A stretch of DNA of 62,956 bases, counting the filler, from Stramenopiles sp. TOSAG23-2 (lineage: Eukaryota), in NCBI GenBank assembly GCA_900128395.1. It is 27 parts of 27 records of this genome, joined end to end, with 100 filler letters (N's around TTAATTAATTAA, not from the genome) between each part and the next. Parts side by side here need not be neighbours in the genome. Positions count along the whole stretch, not along the records: positions 58,411 to 60,634 come from LT651921.1; positions 60,735 to 62,956 come from LT651922.1; 25 more parts are not named here. One strand, 5' to 3'. The notes beneath the pieces were generated by a model. That model saw nothing but the letters and a program-made list of their open reading frames with translations, did not search any database and was not told the DNA's origin. The translations under genes and the position numbers were made by a program. Positions within the stretch are counted from its first letter, which is position 1. Each line of letters starts with the position of its first letter. This document shows, one piece after another, positions 58,311 to 62,956 of this stretch.

Positions 58311-60436
58311 NNNNNNNNNNNNNNNNNNNNNNNNNNNNNNNNNNNNNNNNNNNNTTAATTAATTAANNNNNNNNNNNNNNNNNNNNNNNNNNNNNNNNNN
58401 NNNNNNNNNNTGGATGATAATGAACTATCGTTATGTTTGTCCCCATTTGCATTTGCATATATATTTAAAATTATTTTATTTGCATATCTTTATCTATTTC
58501 ATCTATTTGCACATTTGGATAAATTTCGGACTAATATCGTTGGGATCCTTCGCAAACATAAAATCACTTCAAATACATCATAAAATAACACTATTCACTA
58601 TTGGATACATATAAATTGGTACACATCTCATACATACATACATACATACATGGGAGAGAGAGATACAGACAGATACAAACAAACGAATTATATAATAATA
58701 AATAACTATTAATAATATTATTATAAGAATACGAAATATATATATTAATAAATAATAATAAACAATATATATATATACATAAGAATATGTTTGGTGGTTC
58801 CATTGGCCAGTGCTAATTTATAAAAATTCCTCAATTTACTCGTTGCAAATGTATTATGTTTATTCACTATCAGAAAACACTACCAGGATGCTATTTCTTA
58901 AACTATTATTGTTTGTTCAATATATTATATACGAGTTTATTTTTTTCTCTTTGTAGAAAATGTTCTATATAAATCACAATTATTATCACAATGATTTTGT
59001 ACAATCGAAGAAATGTGTCACGTCTTTTCACTTTCTTTTGCCCCTTTTTTCATATCATCAAAATGTGCAAATAAAAAAATATTAATCGAAAATAATCATT
59101 AGGAAAAGACGATAATTAGTATACAAAAAGTATAACTGAAAATGTAACGCTTGGCTATATGGAAATACCATTAGCGTTTTGTGGACACTAATTAGGCCGC
59201 AATAGCAGGTAAATTGTCGTCAAAATAGTGCTGTGACCCTATACCACCGGTGGTAAGGCTTGTGTGAATGTTTGTTCATTCATTAGCATTTGTATTATAT
59301 AATACTATTGATTTGCAATTTAAATATTGCCAAAATTATAATAAAAAGTTAAATGACGTCTAATTTTTTATGCTGTCTTTATCTTAAAAATAATTAGCTT
59401 TTTTTGCACATCATTTCAAATCATAAAATAATGCTGTGTGGAAATCTTGCCTATTTATATTAAATTATAGATTTATTAGTATAGTTTTTTTGACACTAAA
59501 CGATTGGTAGTACTAATCATAATGTCAAGCTGTTCACATACACTCTTTCGGGGAAAGAATACATAGTATGGAAACGTGCCACGCAACGAAATATTTATAC
59601 TCAAATTTTATTGTTCTCGATAAATGGTATATTGACCATGTATCGGGATAAAAAAATGGAGAAAATGATGTTTGCGACTGGCCATATATATCGCAAAACA
59701 GGAACTGCATCAAAGGAAAAAGTTTGTAGAGAATTTTATGAGAGTGAATAAGTTGTAATTAATCAAAACAAATGGCTTTTTTGCCAGACGCAGTAACATT
59801 GCAGTGATAAAAAATAGGATCATTACGATGTAAATCACGCTATTTTGGACGAGAAATTGTACGATAAAATTGGTGTTGCACATGAGGCTCGTTGGAGGGA
59901 TAAACCAGCAAAGGCACGCATATATTAGGACTGTGGTATGTTTCATTTTTTAATGATTTAACACCCTCGACCCAAAATTCCTCAAAAATTACATCGATTT
60001 TAACTATCAAATGACCATAGTCTATAATGTATACTTGATCAGAAAATATTCCGATTTCATATTTAAATGCCTTAATTAAAGAATAACTATATTCTCCTAT
60101 GTAGTTTTGAAAATAATCAGATTTTGCAATGATATCTTCATATTAAAATCATATTTAAATGCCTTAATTAGAATACCTATAGTTTTGAAAATAATCACCC
60201 ACCAACGGCAGTTAACAAAACTGGACAAGAAAACATTCCATATCGGATGATATATAAATTAATTGACTGAGGGAGAAGAAAGAAATTGTTTGAATACAGT
60301 TCCTTCAATATATATATAAAAGTATATAAATATATTTCTTCCATCTCCACAAACCGTCCGTTGAATATATATAGAAGAATAGTTGTATTATTGTTAGTAG
60401 TAGTAGTAGTAGTAGTTTATATATATATAGTAAACC

Positions 60437-60634
60437 ATGGCGGATGTATTACGTTCTGAATTGAAAGGTTCACAGTCACCAGGTGGAACAAAAACGTTTG
60501 AGCTAGACGTGCAATATGGACAAAAACAGTCGTCTATGCATAAGCGATTGCAACAAGATGAAGATCAATATGCCAAAGCAGATGCAATGTTTGATAAAGC
60601 TAGGAAAAATGCAGGGCTTGATGAGAGCGACGAT
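60437..60634 (+). CDS. Hypothetical protein N-terminal fragment
   Basis: ATG after AT-rich leader; frame open to the linker. Confidence 0.5.
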
Positions 60635-60734
60635 NNNNNNNNNNNNNNNNNNNNNNNNNNNNNNNNNNNNNNNNNNNNTTAATTAATTAANNNNNNNNNN
60701 NNNNNNNNNNNNNNNNNNNNNNNNNNNNNNNNNN

Positions 60735-62714
60735 TCTTCTAACTCTTCCAATTCAGACTCGGAATCAAAAAATACTGATATAAGTGACACTGATACTGAC
60801 GCAACCGATAGTGAATTTGATGATGACAATGATGATATTTTCAGTGATGATAGTGATGATAAGAAGAAGAAGAAAAAGAAGAAGAAGAAGCAGTTAGAAC
60901 TAGAAGCAGCACAAAAGGCAAAGGAAAATCAAAGTGCTGGACAACGCCTTCATGAAATGATATATGGCCCAGAAGAAATTATTGACTGGGATGCAAAGTT
61001 GAATCCAGAAACATGTGGAAAACGTATTCGAAGTATATATACACCTGGAGAAATTAGAAAACCAGTGATATATGTGAAAATTGATAAATCTATTTCGCCT
61101 GGAACTCAGACGATTTTTGTATGCCAGCATGGTCAAGGAAAAAACAGTATGAGGGTATGGCCCATTGGAGAAACATGCCCTGATTGCATAGATGATGCTG
61201 AAAGGCGTTTAATGTCGTTAGCTAGTTCACGTTTTAATATTGCAAAAGATGAGTCAACTGTTGAATTGTTAGAATTTAATACGGCAATGTATTGGAACCA
61301 TGTAGGTGTAAAGTGGGAGGATACGTTTCGTGTAGAGCCATGGGAATTTGTTGAACATCGGTTGACGGAAAAATATTTATTTGGAGAACATTCCTTAATA
61401 TGTTTAGCATTTGAAGTCCAGTTATTTTGGAATGTTGTCCGATATTATAAAATATTTAAAAACCCAGATCAACGAATTTCAAAAGCATCAGATTGGTATA
61501 AAGCTCGCAAATATTCTGGGAAAAATCATAGAAAAATTCGTCATTTTGAAGGGGAACTGCAAGATTTATTTAATCAATATGACATACAATTGAAAGGTGA
61601 AACAATGCCACCAGTAGTCGTTATGCTAATGCAACGAGTTTTTTTAGACAAATGTGAACACGAACCATTTAATAAATTAGTTTTAAAAGAAAAAGAAATG
61701 AATAGACTTGATCATATAGCAATGTCTGGTTGGCATCCCTTACACATCGCTGCTATTAAAAATGAAGTAGAAATGGCAGACATGTTATTGAAAAATGGCG
61801 CGTATATGTATCCATTTGACGGTGCTGGTTATTCGCCTTTACATTATGCCTGCCTTTATAATAATCACGAAGTTGCAATGATGTTAATCAAACATGGGAC
61901 GGATATATACATGAAAAATAGAGAAGGTAACAATTCATTAGAGATATGCTTGAATTTAAAACATTTGAAATTAGCGAAAAAAATTGCTGATACGAAAAAA
62001 TTAAAAACAGAATTTTTAAACAGGGCAAAGGAGTTTTACGAAGGTTTAATGTCAGGAGATGCAGAATATTATGATGCACGATATGGTGGTGGAGAGCATA
62101 TTTACCAAGGTTGGAAAGAAGGGTGTAGATTTCTTGGGCAAAAAGTATTTCTTTACAAAATGTGTGCAATGGCATTGATAAAACGACCATCGTTTTTCCG
62201 TTCTAAAGTTGCAAAAGAATTTAATATAATTGCTTTTTACGATGATAAAAAACTGGGTGAATTGGGCAAAAAAATATTCCGACAAAAAACAGTAGATGCT
62301 TGGAAATCATTAGTACAACGATGGGATCCAGTTGGTACTAAAAAAAACTGGAGCCGTACACTACGTCCAGTTGCAAAAAAATTCTTTAAAAAAAGTATAG
62401 TTCACCCAACTAAAAAGATCAAAGTAAAAGAAGTTTACGAACGTTTATTAGCAGGTGCAAATGCGTATAATATTTGGTATGAAAAAAATAATCCACAGGT
62501 TAATGTTGAATATGAAGATAAGTTACATAAAAAACGTCAAATTGAATTTAAACGAATGGAAGCTGGAAAATCAGGAAAAAAGAAAAAGAAAGATAAAAAG
62601 AAGGATAAAAAGAAGAAAGACAACGAAGGTGATGGCGGTGAAGAAAAAAAGGAAGTATCAGAAGCAGAAAAAATATTAGCGGCAAAGAAGAAGGCAAAAC
62701 CTAAATATTTGTAA
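60735..62714 (+). CDS. Ankyrin-repeat protein with acidic and Lys-rich tracts, 5' partial
   Basis: GWHPLHIAA...LLKNGA, GYSPLHYAC...LIKHGTD, GNNSLEIC; frame open from contig start. Confidence 0.82.
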   Translation, partial: SSNSSNSDSESKNTDISDTDTDATDSEFDDDNDDIFSDDSDDKKKKKKKKKKQLELEAAQKAKENQSAGQRLHEMIYGPEEIIDWDAKLNPETCGKRIRSIYTPGEIRKPVIYVKIDKSISPGTQTIFVCQHGQGKNSMRVWPIGETCPDCIDDAERRLMSLASSRFNIAKDESTVELLEFNTAMYWNHVGVKWEDTFRVEPWEFVEHRLTEKYLFGEHSLICLAFEVQLFWNVVRYYKIFKNPDQRISKASDWYKARKYSGKNHRKIRHFEGELQDLFNQYDIQLKGETMPPVVVMLMQRVFLDKCEHEPFNKLVLKEKEMNRLDHIAMSGWHPLHIAAIKNEVEMADMLLKNGAYMYPFDGAGYSPLHYACLYNNHEVAMMLIKHGTDIYMKNREGNNSLEICLNLKHLKLAKKIADTKKLKTEFLNRAKEFYEGLMSGDAEYYDARYGGGEHIYQGWKEGCRFLGQKVFLYKMCAMALIKRPSFFRSKVAKEFNIIAFYDDKKLGELGKKIFRQKTVDAWKSLVQRWDPVGTKKNWSRTLRPVAKKFFKKSIVHPTKKIKVKEVYERLLAGANAYNIWYEKNNPQVNVEYEDKLHKKRQIEFKRMEAGKSGKKKKKDKKKDKKKKDNEGDGGEEKKEVSEAEKILAAKKKAKPKYL

Positions 62715-62956
62715 AAAAAAATTAAAAAAAAAAACTCTCCTTGATACTCGAAGTATAAAAATTTTAAATATTTTTTTTACGTATCAAAAATATAATATAT
62801 ATATGGAGATTGAGTATTGAGAGTAGTATTTTCCACGGAAAAGAAAAATTATTATACTTCTCGTATAACTTTATATTACGGCTTCGTAGAAGATTTTAAC
62901 CAATCAAATATGATATCTGGTACTTCAAAATTTTGCAAAATGTAGAAACGGTGCAC

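Noticed and set aside
59540-59950. Decayed coding sequence (DKIGVAHEARWRDKPAKARIY*DCGMF)
   Set aside because: It looks coding-like but is interrupted by stops, and I cannot assign a family.

Overview
This window is not one continuous locus. It is a pseudo-scaffold of 27 short contigs (about 2.25 to 2.22 kb, sorted by decreasing length) joined by artificial 100-nt N44-TTAATTAATTAA-N44 linkers, so adjacency between contigs carries no biological information and many genes are truncated. The DNA comes from a very AT-rich microbial eukaryote: it has GT-AG spliceosomal introns, poly-Asn/poly-Thr tracts, SF3B3, a YEATS4/Yaf9 homologue and GUF1. A heterotrophic protist such as a marine stramenopile is my low-confidence guess. 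Fold-back inverted repeats at contig ends suggest a single-cell (MDA-amplified) assembly. Recognisable genes: two cupins, a secreted alpha/beta hydrolase, an OPR-like 38-aa repeat protein, an FMO, GT31, a PUB protein, LRR and ankyrin proteins, a ZZ finger, an EGF-TM-TKL receptor kinase, a collagen-like protein, a GH33 fragment, a dimethylformamidase-beta homologue, a trefoil-GH15 glucoamylase, a CNBD K+ channel, and PqiA-like and GIDE-like proteins. The most notable observations are: (1) a peptidase-S74/intramolecular-chaperone autocleavage domain fused via a coiled coil to a MAP3K-type kinase; (2) an identical C-terminal G-R4/5-LL-x6-C-stop signature on two unrelated Cys-rich proteins; (3) a bacterial-type dimethylformamidase ending in a peroxisomal PTS1; (4) a near-identical, TALE-like array of 38-aa OPR repeats behind a possible mitochondrial presequence; (5) candidate lineage-specific 5' (TACCTGGTA) and 3' (TACGAAGTA) cis-motifs. 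All domain calls are from motif recognition by eye; no database search was run.
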